DNA of 62,077 nucleotides, counting the filler. It is 14 parts of 14 records of this genome, joined end to end, with 100 filler letters (N's around TTAATTAATTAA, not from the genome) between each part and the next. Parts side by side here need not be neighbours in the genome. Positions count along the whole stretch, not along the records: positions 3,971 to 14,466 come from SRR11831586_179; positions 14,567 to 18,506 come from SRR11831586_185; positions 18,607 to 20,789 come from SRR11831586_188; positions 20,890 to 23,600 come from SRR11831586_189; 10 more parts are not named here. One strand, 5' to 3'. The notes under the pieces were generated by a model. That model was given only the letters and a program-made list of their open reading frames with translations. It was not told where the DNA came from and did not search any database. This document shows, piece after piece, positions 11,532-22,629 of this stretch; the first letter of the stretch is position 1; the number at the start of each line of letters is the position of its first letter. The translations under genes and the position numbers were made by a program.

Positions 11532-12226
11532 TCAACAATCCTCAATAATCAGATACACCGCTTTCACCGGGCCATGAACTCCGACGACTTTGATAAGCTC
11601 AATATCCGCCGTTGAACTGGGGCCGCTAATGATGTTAATGCAGGAAGGCATTCGTTCACCGGCCTGCGCTTTCTGATGCAATTTTTCTGCGAGTTGCGCT
11701 ACACGCGGCAGGATAGTGCTTTTACGCAGGATAAAAAGAGAATATTCCGGGAGCAGGCTCAATGAACGCCCGCGCTCGGCGGCGGAAAAAGAACCACGCC
11801 TCCCGATTCGGTTAAACCATATTCAGCATACACAACACCCACTTTAGCCTGCTCTGCCTGCGAGATATTCTCGGCACCTTTCGCCGGATCCCAAACAACG
11901 GCATTGCATTCCTGCTGCAAACGTTCGCTAATCCCCAATTCCTCCAGCCTCGTGTCACCGCTAATCACGACCGACTGATCTCCCAGCTCTTTACACAGAC
12001 GTATTGCAGCTTCTGCCGCCTTCGCCTCGCTGGTCAGCTCACAGCGCGTCAACATAACATCGCTGGCAAACTGAATAAACGCGTCACAGCGCTGCTGTTG
12101 GTTAAGTTGGGTAAGCCGCTCGTTAGCATAGTTGTTAAGCGGCGCATCTTCTGCTTGCGGTTCAAGTCGCAGCGGGCGACCCAGTGCCTGAGCAACGTTA
12201 TTCAAAAATTCGCCTCGATTATCCAT
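11532..12226 (-). pseudogene. ykgG: LutC/YkgG (LUD domain) lactate-utilisation protein, frameshifted in this assembly
   Basis: N-part (MDNRGEFL...GGVVLF) and C-part (SLLPEYS...GVHGP) are in different frames; span is 695 bp, not a multiple of 3; break at the A5 run 11786-11790. Confidence 0.85.
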
Positions 12227-13646
12227 TCTTTTTCTCCTGCGCCTGATGTTTCTTAAACCAACTACGGAAACTCTCTCCGTCAGCTTCAGGAAGATCGCGT
12301 GCTTCCATCCAGTCGCTAATCGCGCCAAATTTGAGTGGTGTTTTGCCGCCATTGATAAACCAGCTTGCCGCATGAGCACCGGCCATCATCCCGACTTTCC
12401 ACAATCCTGGATGACTATTGGCATAAGCGAACATTTTTATCGCCCGTTGCTCTGCTTTTGCGGTGATCCCTTTTTCAGCCATCACCCGACGATGACGCAA
12501 AATCAGTTTTGACAGCGGAATACGCACCGGACACACGTTGTCACAAGCTGTGCATAAAGAGCAGGCGTAGGGTAAATCTTTAAAATCTTTATAGCCGCCA
12601 AGTAGCGGAGAAATCACCGCACCAATTGGCCCTGGATAAATAGAGCCATATCCATGACCGCCAATATGGCGATATGCCGGACAAGTATTCATACAAGCCC
12701 CGCAGCGAATACAGCGCAGCACATCCCGAAATTCAGAGGCCAGCACCTCAGAACGCCCGTTATCGACAATAACCAGATGAAACTCTTCAGGACCATCAAC
12801 GTGCCCAGCTTCGCGCGGTCCTGTCAGCCAGGTGTTGTATCCCGTCAAACGTGCACCAACGGCACTGCGCGCCAGCATGGTGATCAATACATCTACCTCG
12901 GCAAACGTGGGGGCAATACGCTCCATTCCCATCACTGCAATATGCGTTTTAGGCAGCGTGGTACACATTCGCGCATTACCTTCATTGGTCACCAGGCATA
13001 CCGAACCGGTCTCTGCCACCGCGAAATTACAGCCGGTAATACCTATTTCAGCACTGAGGAAATCTTCGCGGATTTTTTGCCGGATGAATAAGGTCATCGC
13101 TTCAGGCGTTTCCGGCCCCTCATAGCCCAGACGTTCGTGTAGCACTCGACGGATCTGATGGCGATCTTTATGAATTGCCGGGACCACAACATGAGATGGC
13201 GGATCTTGATCCAGCTGGAGAATATATTCACCCAGATCGGTTTCAATCACCTGAATGCCAGCATCCTGCAACACATGATTGACACCAATCTCTTCGGTCA
13301 CCATCGATTTAGATTTCACCACCTTCCGGGCATTTTTGCGTTGGGCAACCTGTAAAATGTAGCGGGTAGCGTCTTCTTTGGTTCTTGCAAAATAGACGTG
13401 ACCGCCGTTTTGCGTCACTTTTTCTGAGAGCTGGTACAGATAAGCGTCGAGATTACTCAGAACATGATCACGTATCTGGGCGGCCCGATCGCGCCACTCC
13501 TCCCAGTGCCCCAATTCATCGACCATTTTTTGCCGATTTGCCCCAATACGCTGCTGCGCGTTTGCCACCGCTTTGCGCATGATCGGATCTTCAATTTGCT
13601 GACGGATGCGTGTCTTAAAATCTGTATTACTGGTTTTGATCGACAT
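12219..13646 (-). CDS. ykgF: LutB/YkgF 4Fe-4S lactate-utilisation protein
   Basis: CIRCGACMNTCP and CSLCTACDNVCP ferredoxin motifs. Confidence 0.95.
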   Translation of the reverse strand: MSIKTSNTDFKTRIRQQIEDPIMRKAVANAQQRIGANRQKMVDELGHWEEWRDRAAQIRDHVLSNLDAYLYQLSEKVTQNGGHVYFARTKEDATRYILQVAQRKNARKVVKSKSMVTEEIGVNHVLQDAGIQVIETDLGEYILQLDQDPPSHVVVPAIHKDRHQIRRVLHERLGYEGPETPEAMTLFIRQKIREDFLSAEIGITGCNFAVAETGSVCLVTNEGNARMCTTLPKTHIAVMGMERIAPTFAEVDVLITMLARSAVGARLTGYNTWLTGPREAGHVDGPEEFHLVIVDNGRSEVLASEFRDVLRCIRCGACMNTCPAYRHIGGHGYGSIYPGPIGAVISPLLGGYKDFKDLPYACSLCTACDNVCPVRIPLSKLILRHRRVMAEKGITAKAEQRAIKMFAYANSHPGLWKVGMMAGAHAASWFINGGKTPLKFGAISDWMEARDLPEADGESFRSWFKKHQAQEKKNG

Positions 13647-13656
13647 CTTTATATCC

Positions 13657-14376
13657 TCAGCGGCTCATCAACACTTCAGCAATATGCATCACTTTGACTT
13701 TCTGCCCTTCCCGTTGTAATCGCCCACTGATGTTTAGCAGGCAACTCACGTCAGCACCAATTAAATACTCAGGGCGGACTTCCATCAGGTGCGCAACCTT
13801 TTCTTTCACCATCTCGCCGGATATTTCGGCCATTTTGACCGAGAACGTGCCGCCAAATCCGCAGCAGGTATCCTGTTCAGCAAAGGTCAACAGCTCCAGT
13901 CCACGCACATTTTTCAGCAGCGTAAGTGGCTCGTCCTTCACTCCCAGCTTACGGGCCAGGCTACAAGATGGGTGATACACCGCTCTCCCTTGCAAACTGG
14001 CACCTACATCGACTACCCCTAATTTATTAACAATAAAAGAGGTGAGATCCTGCATACGCGCGGCAACCTTTGCGGCACGTGATGCCCATTCAGGTTCATC
14101 CGCCAGATACGTCGGGTAACTTTTTACGGCATAGGTGCAAGAGCCAGCCGGTGAAATAATGGGATCGTCGTTATCCTCCAGTGCGGCGATCAGATTTTTC
14201 ATCCCTGGAATCGCTTCTTTGATATAACCGCTATTGATCGCAGGCTGACCGCAGCATCCCTGTTTCTCCGGGAAATTTACGCGACAGCCGAGTTTTTCCA
14301 GTAGCAGCACGGAGTCTCGTGCCATTCTTGATTTCAGGGCGTCACCAATACAGGTGACAAAGAAATTGACATTCAC
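13657..14376 (-). CDS. ykgE: LutA/YkgE CCG-domain oxidoreductase subunit
   Basis: Two CCG motifs (QGCCGQP, TCCGFGG). Confidence 0.95.
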   Translation of the reverse strand: MNVNFFVTCIGDALKSRMARDSVLLLEKLGCRVNFPEKQGCCGQPAINSGYIKEAIPGMKNLIAALEDNDDPIISPAGSCTYAVKSYPTYLADEPEWASRAAKVAARMQDLTSFIVNKLGVVDVGASLQGRAVYHPSCSLARKLGVKDEPLTLLKNVRGLELLTFAEQDTCCGFGGTFSVKMAEISGEMVKEKVAHLMEVRPEYLIGADVSCLLNISGRLQREGQKVKVMHIAEVLMSR

Positions 14377-14566
14377 AACTAATACTCCATTACTTCATGC
14401 CCATTTATGCCCGATGTTTCCCCCCCACCGGGGGATCAATCATCAATAAATATGGTCGTTCTTTTTNNNNNNNNNNNNNNNNNNNNNNNNNNNNNNNNNN
14501 NNNNNNNNNNTTAATTAATTAANNNNNNNNNNNNNNNNNNNNNNNNNNNNNNNNNNNNNNNNNNNN

Positions 14567-15762
14567 TACTCTAGCTTGAGGATCTGTTGGAAAGTTAAAT
14601 ATTCGGAGCCGGCGTGGAAGGGTGGTCGGCCGGCGAGCATCTGAAACACGATGCAGCCGAACGCCCATACATCGGACTCGGGGCCCGCCTCCTTGTCTTT
14701 GAGGACCTCCGGGGAGACGTACTCTGCGGTGCCCGTGAAGCTGTTACGCCGGAACTCGCCTGTTGTGTTGTGAGGGGGCGGTGAGCAAAGGGAGGACGGA
14801 GGGGATATGAACACGCGCGCAGAGTGGAGAGGGGCAAGAAAGATGTAGGAAACGAGGCAAACGCGCCAGAGGTACAGAAGGAGATTAACGATGACATAAC
14901 GTAATAGGAAATGTGTTGGTGACAGAGGAGGGCATTTGGTACCTCCCTCCAGTTACAAACGCTACAACGAAGACGGAAAAAGGATGCAAGACTACGCGCC
15001 CAGACATCAACACATTCACAGGGAACACGACAAAGCGCACGGTCAACTAGGACAACACAGAACGCACAGCGGTACAACCACAGACGTACGGTGAGATGTT
15101 ACAATCTTTGCTGTGCCGAAATCAGTCAAACGGATGTGATTGTCGGACGCCATTAGCACATTCTCGGGTTTGAGATCGCGGTGAATGACATTCTTTCCGT
15201 GTAGATACTCCAACGCAGACAAAATTTCCGCAGCAATAAATGCCGATGACTCCTCACATATTGCACCTAGTCGTTTGATGTGACCAAAGAGGTCACCGCC
15301 CGGGGCATACTCGAGCACCATGTCTAAACGCGTTCATCAGCGAACAGAGATACGGAATAAGATTATTGCGTACATAGACTTTCCTCGTCTTGGAAAGTAC
15401 AATAGAGCTTCATGATATTCGGGTGATCGAGCATGTTCAATACATTCCGCTCCAGCTTCACCTGATCAATCTTGCCTTCCTTCATAATGTGTTTCTTCGT
15501 CATCATTTTTACAGCAAATTCCTTACCCGTGGCAATCTGCGTTACACGGAACACCTGCACCCGACTCATGAAACCCGAAACCAAACGCCACTGCGCGTAA
15601 TACCCTTGCAAAAGAGCCTTCTCCTAACTGCTCGTGGAAACTAAAATGCGATCGATTCAGCTTCTTCTCGCGGCCCTCTTCGGGCGGCGCATCGCCCTCT
15701 ACACTCGTGCCAGCTTCCGCCAGCAGCGGCTGAGGACCGTTGCTCGCTTCCACTGTCGTCAT
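14567..15762 (-). CDS. PDK1: Eukaryotic AGC kinase, PDK1-like; 3'-truncated; exons 15762-15604, 15554-15374, 15323-15090, 14759-14567
   Basis: Spliced product has LGEGSFARV, FAVK, LYCTFQDEESLY, HRDLKPEN, DFGTAK, NSFTGTAEYVSPE and SEYLTFQQI; three GT-AG introns (49, 50, 330 nt) restore the frame. Confidence 0.88.
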
Positions 15763-16111
15763 ACCCTACAGTGTCACACTGCCAATATCTTTAGAATAAT
15801 TGAACGCGTACAGGTTTGCTGGGTGCAGATTTTTTTTTTTGCGGTGGCGTTGAAGAACATCCCACCCAGAGACCGGTATTGCAAGCAATGCAGGAGCTCT
15901 GTTCACACCACTGTGGTGCGTGTAACAGAGATACACGTCTTGGGGTCGCAATGAGCATGATGTACACTACGTCCCGGCTGAGAATGAGTGTGAACAGACG
16001 GACAGGATGCCCAAGTAACAACAAAAAGATCTTGTTTTCCTTTATACACTCTCGATATCAACGTAAACAGACGATCTGCATCCATCCACACACACATGGT
16101 GGTGGAGCTCC

Positions 16112-18320
16112 CTAGTGTTGCATCTGTGCAAGAAGACGGGCCTCGGTCTCCCGGTCTGCAGCCTCGCTCTCCGTGGCACTTGCGTTCACATCCACACCCC
16201 TATCACGCCCAAAGCGTTATCAGATATTGCGTGGTAACATTGCGACGAGAACAAGGCAGAGCACTCGACGGACGGACCCACGGACACAAAACCACGTACA
16301 GTTGTGTGCTATCGTTCAGGTTGGCGCGTCCGGAGGCACTCAGAGAGGCACTGACTCTTCGTGCGGTGCTGTGGAGCTGGCCCGCAGCTCGCAAGGTGTC
16401 GTACTCTTCCGCAGAAACCACCTCTGAAAAAGCGCACAAAGACAATGAGTGACAGAGAAACAGTTCGCAGAAAAAGACTGCACAATACAGAGGGAAAGAA
16501 AGTATCGAGAGAGGGAGCACATGTTGATGCCGCACCCGTACTGGCTAAACAAATACGACAGTTACAAGCGTTTCCGCCAGATGCAATACACCGCACATAC
16601 ACAAGACACCGCAGCCACCACTACGCAGAGTGCTGCGCAATCACGGATCGCACGCAAAGTAAGACACATCTATCATGGAACAAAGCAACACACACAAACG
16701 CACATACCGGCCACGATGGGTACACTGATGATGTCCTTCTCCGTAATGAGAGTGACTTCCTCGCTCAGAGGGCCCTCGCGATTGGGTTCCACTTCGACCG
16801 CCAGCGACGCCGTCATACCGGGCGCAATCTGTATACACAAACTTGAGTATAACGCACGCTCTCTTTCTCTCACGACACGTCCCAGAAAATGACCAACAGA
16901 CGGAGAGAATGCTATACACAAGGCTGCGCCCACACTAACACAACAACACGACTCGAGTTGCACACTCACGCAGGCGCCCACACACAGTATTAATATGCAA
17001 ACCGGGAAAGAAAACATACCGGTTTGGGTGTGAACCCGACACGGACAGCACTATTAGCGGGCTGCTTGACGCGGAAACGAAGCATGTCGTGGCTCACATT
17101 GCGAGCGGTGAAGTTGAGGCGGAACACACGGCCCACACACACCGTGCCAAAGGATACGGTACCGGGCGAGACCTCAAACCCGGGGACGTACTCCACTGTA
17201 GGAGGAACATAGTGAGTGCGTGTTTGTGAAGAACAGATTGAGCGCACAAGGTCAGAACGACGCGGCTGAACCATGCACACGTACGTAAACAACAAATACG
17301 ACGCATCGTATTGATGAGCAGCGCACAACATTACGCTACTCACAGGCCAAGCATGTGCGGGAATGAAAACATGACATACCCCCACGTGCAGCCGCAGCGC
17401 GCGCCATGGTGACCGTGGACGAGGTCTTCACCTTGCGATGTACAGGCCCCTCCACGATGTGATATCTACAGATACGCACAGCAAACCACACACCACAGAA
17501 ATTAGAGTCAGGAGCCGACACGAAACGCGGACACAATGATGCGACAGATACGGTTCCATGAGACATAGAAAGAGCAATTACAGCGAGACATAGAAAGAGC
17601 AATTACAGCCATTGCGCCAGTAACATACCGCTCATTCCGCATGGCTGTTGCACCGCCCATGTCCCTTACCGCAGAGGGCGAGTGAGCACCCCCGAACGAA
17701 TCCATCATCTGCTGTTGTGTTGGTGTAAGCTGTTGTAGGGGTTGTTGTGGTTGTTGGGGAGACCGCGCTGCGTGAGAGGCTGAAGACCGCGGGACCGAGG
17801 AGCGTTTGTTGTCAGCAGCGGTGCGGTTGAGCGCAGTCTCAGTCTAGAGACGTGGTGTGAAGCATATGAGAGAAAACTGAACTAGCGAGAAGCATAGAGG
17901 AATACAAGAAAGAAAAACAACAAAGACTGCACCAGCGGGACGACCCTGAGCGCGTACCGCCGTGATGACAGGGGATGGCCTGACACGTGCTGCGGCACCC
18001 GCCTGCAAACAGCAAACATGCATCCGTTAGAGAGAGAGAGACAGTTACCAACATCATCACATGGAATTTGTGAATGTAACAACAGTACCGCGCACATGCA
18101 ACGCGATCAGTACCTGCAGTGTGCGGGACTTGGCCGTTGCGTCCAGTTGCAACGCGGGACCCTTGCTCTGCAGAAACTGCGCTCCCAGCTGTGTATCGAA
18201 ATAATTCTTGCGGCCACTAGACGGGGAGACGTGTGTGTGATAGGGATGGGCCAGGGTGTGTGCAGGCGCAGGCAGGGGCTCGTACAAGGAGGGATCGAAC
18301 TCTTGCAGGTTGTGTCGCAG
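16112..18320 (-). CDS. 3' part of a SPAG17/PF6-like flagellar central-pair protein with C-terminal PapD/ASH-like Ig domain; exons 18320-18114, 18002-17958, 17843-17629, 17465-17380, 17195-17020, 16828-16708, 16423-16300, 16199-16112
   Basis: Phase-consistent GT-AG splicing gives ...NERYHIVEGPVHRKVKTSS...GFEVSPGTVSFG...RNVSHDMLRFRVKQP...PKPIAPGM...ITEKDIISVPIVAEVVSAEEYD...QH*, resembling the SPAG17 C-terminus as I recall it. Confidence 0.7.
17560..17609. repeat. Perfect 25-bp tandem duplication inside an intron
   Basis: GAGACATAGAAAGAGCAATTACAGC x2. Confidence 0.9.
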
Positions 18321-18483
18321 CTGTGGTAAGGAGAGAGAAAATACAGGGCGTGAGATACGATACACAGGTGGTGCAGGATGCGCCACAGAAGCATGCACTG
18401 GTCGATCCGAAAACAACAATCATAACGAACCAAAAGAGAACACACACGCACATGCAGACACATACACCCATATCATGACACAA

Positions 18484-18506
18484 ACACACACACACACACA
18501 CACACA
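18484..18506. repeat. (CA)n microsatellite at contig end
   Basis: AC repeat run abutting the gap. Confidence 0.95.
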
Positions 18507-18606
18507 NNNNNNNNNNNNNNNNNNNNNNNNNNNNNNNNNNNNNNNNNNNNTTAATTAATTAANNNNNNNNNNNNNNNNNNNNNNNNNNNNNNNNNNNNNN
18601 NNNNNN

Positions 18607-20573
18607 TGCGAGGACCAGACGGCCAGGGTCCCCAAGCACGAGTATCGCATCTGCTCGGATCGGCTCTCGCGCACGAGGGTCACCAAGACCTGCAGCACGT
18701 GCTCGCCGGTGCGTTTGCGCAGCGGGCTGAGAATATGCGCCACGCCCAGATGTGTGAGTGCCTCTGTGCTGCAGACATGCACCAACAGGGCGGCTAGCTC
18801 TCCTACGCGCTCCAGATTGCGGTCGATATTGCACAGAATACCGCCGGAGACGCTCTTGGCACACCGCAACAGGATGTGGAACAGCAGGCGGATGAAGCCC
18901 TGTGCGCCCAGCAGCGCCGCGGCAGACAGGTCCTTCATGACGTAGTCTCGCAGCAGGGACAGAGTGGATCGCATCATCAGCACGCCCAGGGCCGAATGGC
19001 GCCAGCGCTTGGTCGCCAGCAGCGCACGCATGCGGTCCAACACGACAGGGTCTGTGAGCACAAACACGCCCTCAAAGCGGCCGGACAGCACGGCGAGGAT
19101 CTCGAGCGCCTTGACTTGCACCTTGGGGAAGGGCAGTGCGACCTGGTTCATAAGCACGGACACGCCGTTGCACTGGTATACGGCCGTTTGGTTCTTCTCA
19201 TCTACGTGTGCGCGCGGTGAGTTGATGATGGTTGCGCACGAGCTCGAAGCAGACAGACAACAGTATCATGCATGCATGTACAGACGTATACGCTCATTGT
19301 TACAGTGAGCACATACAAACGTCGGGTAACACTAAACACTGGTACATACATACATACATATGCAGCACAGCACGCACCTTCATGAATCAAGCACGCGAGC
19401 GAAGTAAGGGTTGATTCCTTCACCAGATCGCTGGTAGCCGCAGCCAAAATGTTCATCAGCAGGCGGACAGAGCCGAGTGCACCGCTTTGGTGTGCTGTGT
19501 AGCGAAGATAACGAACATGAGCAGATGAACAGAATGGGAAGCACAACATAGTGCACACGTATAGAGCTAGAAATCAACAGCGGAGCCGCACATCCGCAAG
19601 AATACCGCACCGAAACTATAAACAACCTCCATAACACATGCACTACCACCACCAATCCCAACAGCTATCAAGAGCAACACTACACAAAGCTAAACAACAC
19701 CACATCATAATCATCACACAGAACTAGCAGCCAAACAATATTAAAAACCAACCACCACAGTGGTAAATAAACAACACACAAAGGGATGAACGTGACATAC
19801 TCTTCTCGAATTCATTCTTCTTCACGGACGCATTCGTGAACGTGACAAACTTGTCCTGTTTATCGGATTCCAGCAGTGCAATCAGCGGCAGAAGACCGCC
19901 CAGCAAGCGAACATCGTCCCGGCCGTGCGGTACTATATAAGTGTATATTGCAACACGCAGCGTGAGTGCTGTTAATATGATACGTTGGGTGCCAAAAAGA
20001 GATACAAATGTGCGCGCAGCGGTGACGCAAGCAACGAATGATGAGATTAGCACAGACCTACGATGATGAAACTGTTTCTGAGGTACACGCGCGTATACCT
20101 CGACGAATATAGTCACTCACGACGCTCGCCAGACGAATCTTGGTTTGCGCGGGTGTGTGTTTCGATTGAAGGCGGCGCAGACGAGAGAACAGAACCAGAA
20201 TGTCATTGCGACTGGCTTTCACACCTGCGTAACACAAGCGCGTACACACACATATCAATCAGCGACACGTACGGCACTGTAAACTGCTCACAGCGGCAAC
20301 AGCAGTCACTCTAAAACACAACATCTGAACAATCTTCCCCCCACCCCTTCCCATACCGAGCTTTCGCAAGACATGCATCGCGGTCTGTTTGTCGCTCTCA
20401 TCCGCGCTGTTGAGCATGTTCACCAAGCCCTTCACGGGAAAGTGACTAATGATCGTTTCGGACTTGTACCCGCTTGACAGCAGGCGTTCAAGGAGTTCTA
20501 CGGTGCGATCGCGGACTTGCTTATCGGCGATGCAGATCAGAAGGATGCGGTCCAGCGTAACACCCATTTCTAA
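18607..20573 (-). CDS. Multi-exon eukaryotic armadillo/HEAT-like helical repeat protein, internal fragment
   Basis: Exon translations GRDDVRLLGGLLPLIALL, SGALGSVRLLMNIL, NQTAVYQCNGVSVLM, VQVKALEILAVLS are ARM-like; separated by GT-AG introns; boundaries approximate. Confidence 0.6.
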
Positions 20574-20760
20574 GACCAAGCACGCATACACACACACACA
20601 CAAACTGAATCAGCTATGCAAAGGTGACAGCACATCATAATCATCACACACAATGTAGAGGGGGTTCGGACCCCACAATCAGCAACCACCACGCATGACT
20701 CCCACCACCACACACCCACTCACATAACATACACCGACCACAGAACAGCAAAAACATAAA

Positions 20761-20789
20761 CACACACATACACACACAGACACACACAC
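20761..20789. repeat. Imperfect (CA)n microsatellite at contig end
   Basis: cacacacatacacacacagacacacacac. Confidence 0.9.
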
Positions 20790-20973
20790 NNNNNNNNNNN
20801 NNNNNNNNNNNNNNNNNNNNNNNNNNNNNNNNNTTAATTAATTAANNNNNNNNNNNNNNNNNNNNNNNNNNNNNNNNNNNNNNNNNNNNATTTTTTTCAT
20901 GCGACCGTCATCAATGTGAGAAATAAAACACAATGAGTAAAATCTTATGTTTAATTTATTTGTGGGGTTTTAA

Positions 20974-21339
20974 TTAATTTAATCGTATTGTGCTGGCATT
21001 TTCATCAGCCCCTTTTTGCCATACTTCATGCAGTTGGCTGGCATTTTCAACATTGTTGCAGCTGGCAGGAAAGCTTTTACCGGAAAGTCCTCGGGCATAA
21101 GTAAAATCGGTCTGGCAAGTTTTCTTTTGTCCTTCGGCATATCCTTTAAGGTATAGACCGCGATCCGCCTGTGAATCGCTAAATGCATCGTCATCTTTTA
21201 TGGCGCTGCCCGATATCGCATCTTCCATACCGACATCATACCAGTCGGTGCTGGTCAAGGTTGGCGCGTGAGTATAAGGATCAATCTGACATCCGCTAAC
21301 CAGTAAAGCCAACAAGGGGGCGATAAACTTTTTCATCAT
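20974..21339 (-). CDS. yfiL: Lipoprotein YfiL
   Basis: Lipobox LVSGC; divergent from aroF. Confidence 0.88.
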   Translation of the reverse strand: MMKKFIAPLLALLVSGCQIDPYTHAPTLTSTDWYDVGMEDAISGSAIKDDDAFSDSQADRGLYLKGYAEGQKKTCQTDFTYARGLSGKSFPASCNNVENASQLHEVWQKGADENASTIRLN

Positions 21340-21384
21340 TTCTTTCTCCTTTTTCAAAGCATAGCGGATTGTTTTCAAAGGGAG

Positions 21385-21477
21385 TGTAAATTTATCTATA
21401 CAGAGGTAAGGGTTGAAAGCGCGACTAAATTGCCTGTGTAAATAAAAATGTACGAAATATGGATTGAAAACTTTACT
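21385..21477. promoter_or_regulatory. TyrR boxes of the aroF-tyrA promoter
   Basis: TGTAAA-N6-TATACA (21385), TGTAAA-N6-TGTACG (21437), weak TGGATT-N6-TTTACT (21460) versus consensus TGTAAA-N6-TTTACA. Confidence 0.8.
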
Positions 21478-21548
21478 TTATGTGTTATCGTTACGTCATC
21501 CTCGCTGAGGATCAACTATCGCAAACGAGCATAAACAGGATCGCCATC

Positions 21549-22619
21549 ATGCAAAAAGACGCGCTGAATAACGTACATATTACCGACGAACAGGTTTTAA
21601 TGACTCCGGAACAACTGAAGGCCGCTTTTCCATTGAGCCTGCAACAAGAAGCCCAGATTGCTGACTCGCGTAAAAGCATTTCAGATATTATCGCCGGGCG
21701 CGATCCTCGTCTGCTGGTAGTATGTGGTCCTTGTTCCATTCATGATCCGGAAACTGCTCTGGAATATGCTCGTCGATTTAAAGCCCTTGCCGCAGAGGTC
21801 AGCGATAGCCTCTATCTGGTAATGCGCGTCTATTTTGAAAAACCCCGTACCACTGTCGGCTGGAAAGGGTTAATTAACGATCCCCATATGGATGGCTCTT
21901 TTGATGTAGAAGCCGGGCTGCAGATCGCGCGTAAATTGCTGCTTGAGCTGGTGAATATGGGACTGCCACTGGCGACGGAAGCGTTAGATCCGAATAGCCC
22001 GCAATACCTGGGCGATCTGTTTAGCTGGTCAGCAATTGGTGCTCGTACAACGGAATCGCAAACTCACCGTGAAATGGCCTCCGGGCTTTCCATGCCGGTT
22101 GGTTTTAAAAACGGCACCGACGGCAGTCTGGCAACAGCAATTAACGCTATGCGCGCCGCCGCCCAGCCGCACCGTTTTGTTGGCATTAACCAGGCAGGGC
22201 AGGTTGCGTTGCTACAAACTCAGGGGAATCCGGACGGCCATGTGATCCTGCGCGGTGGTAAAGCGCCGAACTATAGCCCTGCGGATGTTGCGCAATGTGA
22301 AAAAGAGATGGAACAGGCGGGACTGCGCCCGTCTCTGATGGTAGATTGCAGCCACGGTAATTCCAATAAAGATTATCGCCGTCAGCCTGCGGTGGCAGAA
22401 TCCGTGGTTGCTCAAATCAAAGATGGCAATCGCTCAATTATTGGTCTGATGATCGAAAGTAATATCCACGAGGGCAATCAGTCTTCCGAGCAACCGCGCA
22501 GTGAAATGAAATACGGTGTATCCGTAACCGATGCCTGCATTAGCTGGGAAATGACCGATGCCTTGCTGCGTGAAATTCATCAGGATCTGAACGGGCAGCT
22601 GACGGCTCGCGTGGCTTAA
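21549..22619 (+). CDS. aroF: Tyr-sensitive DAHP synthase
   Basis: [10 protein letters not shown]..., KPRT and DCSHGN motifs. Confidence 0.97.
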   Translation: MQKDALNNVHITDEQVLMTPEQLKAAFPLSLQQEAQIADSRKSISDIIAGRDPRLLVVCGPCSIHDPETALEYARRFKALAAEVSDSLYLVMRVYFEKPRTTVGWKGLINDPHMDGSFDVEAGLQIARKLLLELVNMGLPLATEALDPNSPQYLGDLFSWSAIGARTTESQTHREMASGLSMPVGFKNGTDGSLATAINAMRAAAQPHRFVGINQAGQVALLQTQGNPDGHVILRGGKAPNYSPADVAQCEKEMEQAGLRPSLMVDCSHGNSNKDYRRQPAVAESVVAQIKDGNRSIIGLMIESNIHEGNQSSEQPRSEMKYGVSVTDACISWEMTDALLREIHQDLNGQLTARVA

Positions 22620-22629
22620 GAGGTTTATT

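Noticed and set aside
14942-14961. Possible 19-nt micro-exon in the third PDK1 intron (TTGTAG...GAG|GTACC)
   Set aside because: Including it shifts the frame; the direct 15090-14759 join already gives a normal-length activation loop.
14376-15762. Bacterial genes next to eukaryotic genes as horizontal transfer or an endosymbiont insertion
   Set aside because: Every transition coincides with an artificial spacer; the bacterial contigs keep E. coli gene order and show no introns or decay.
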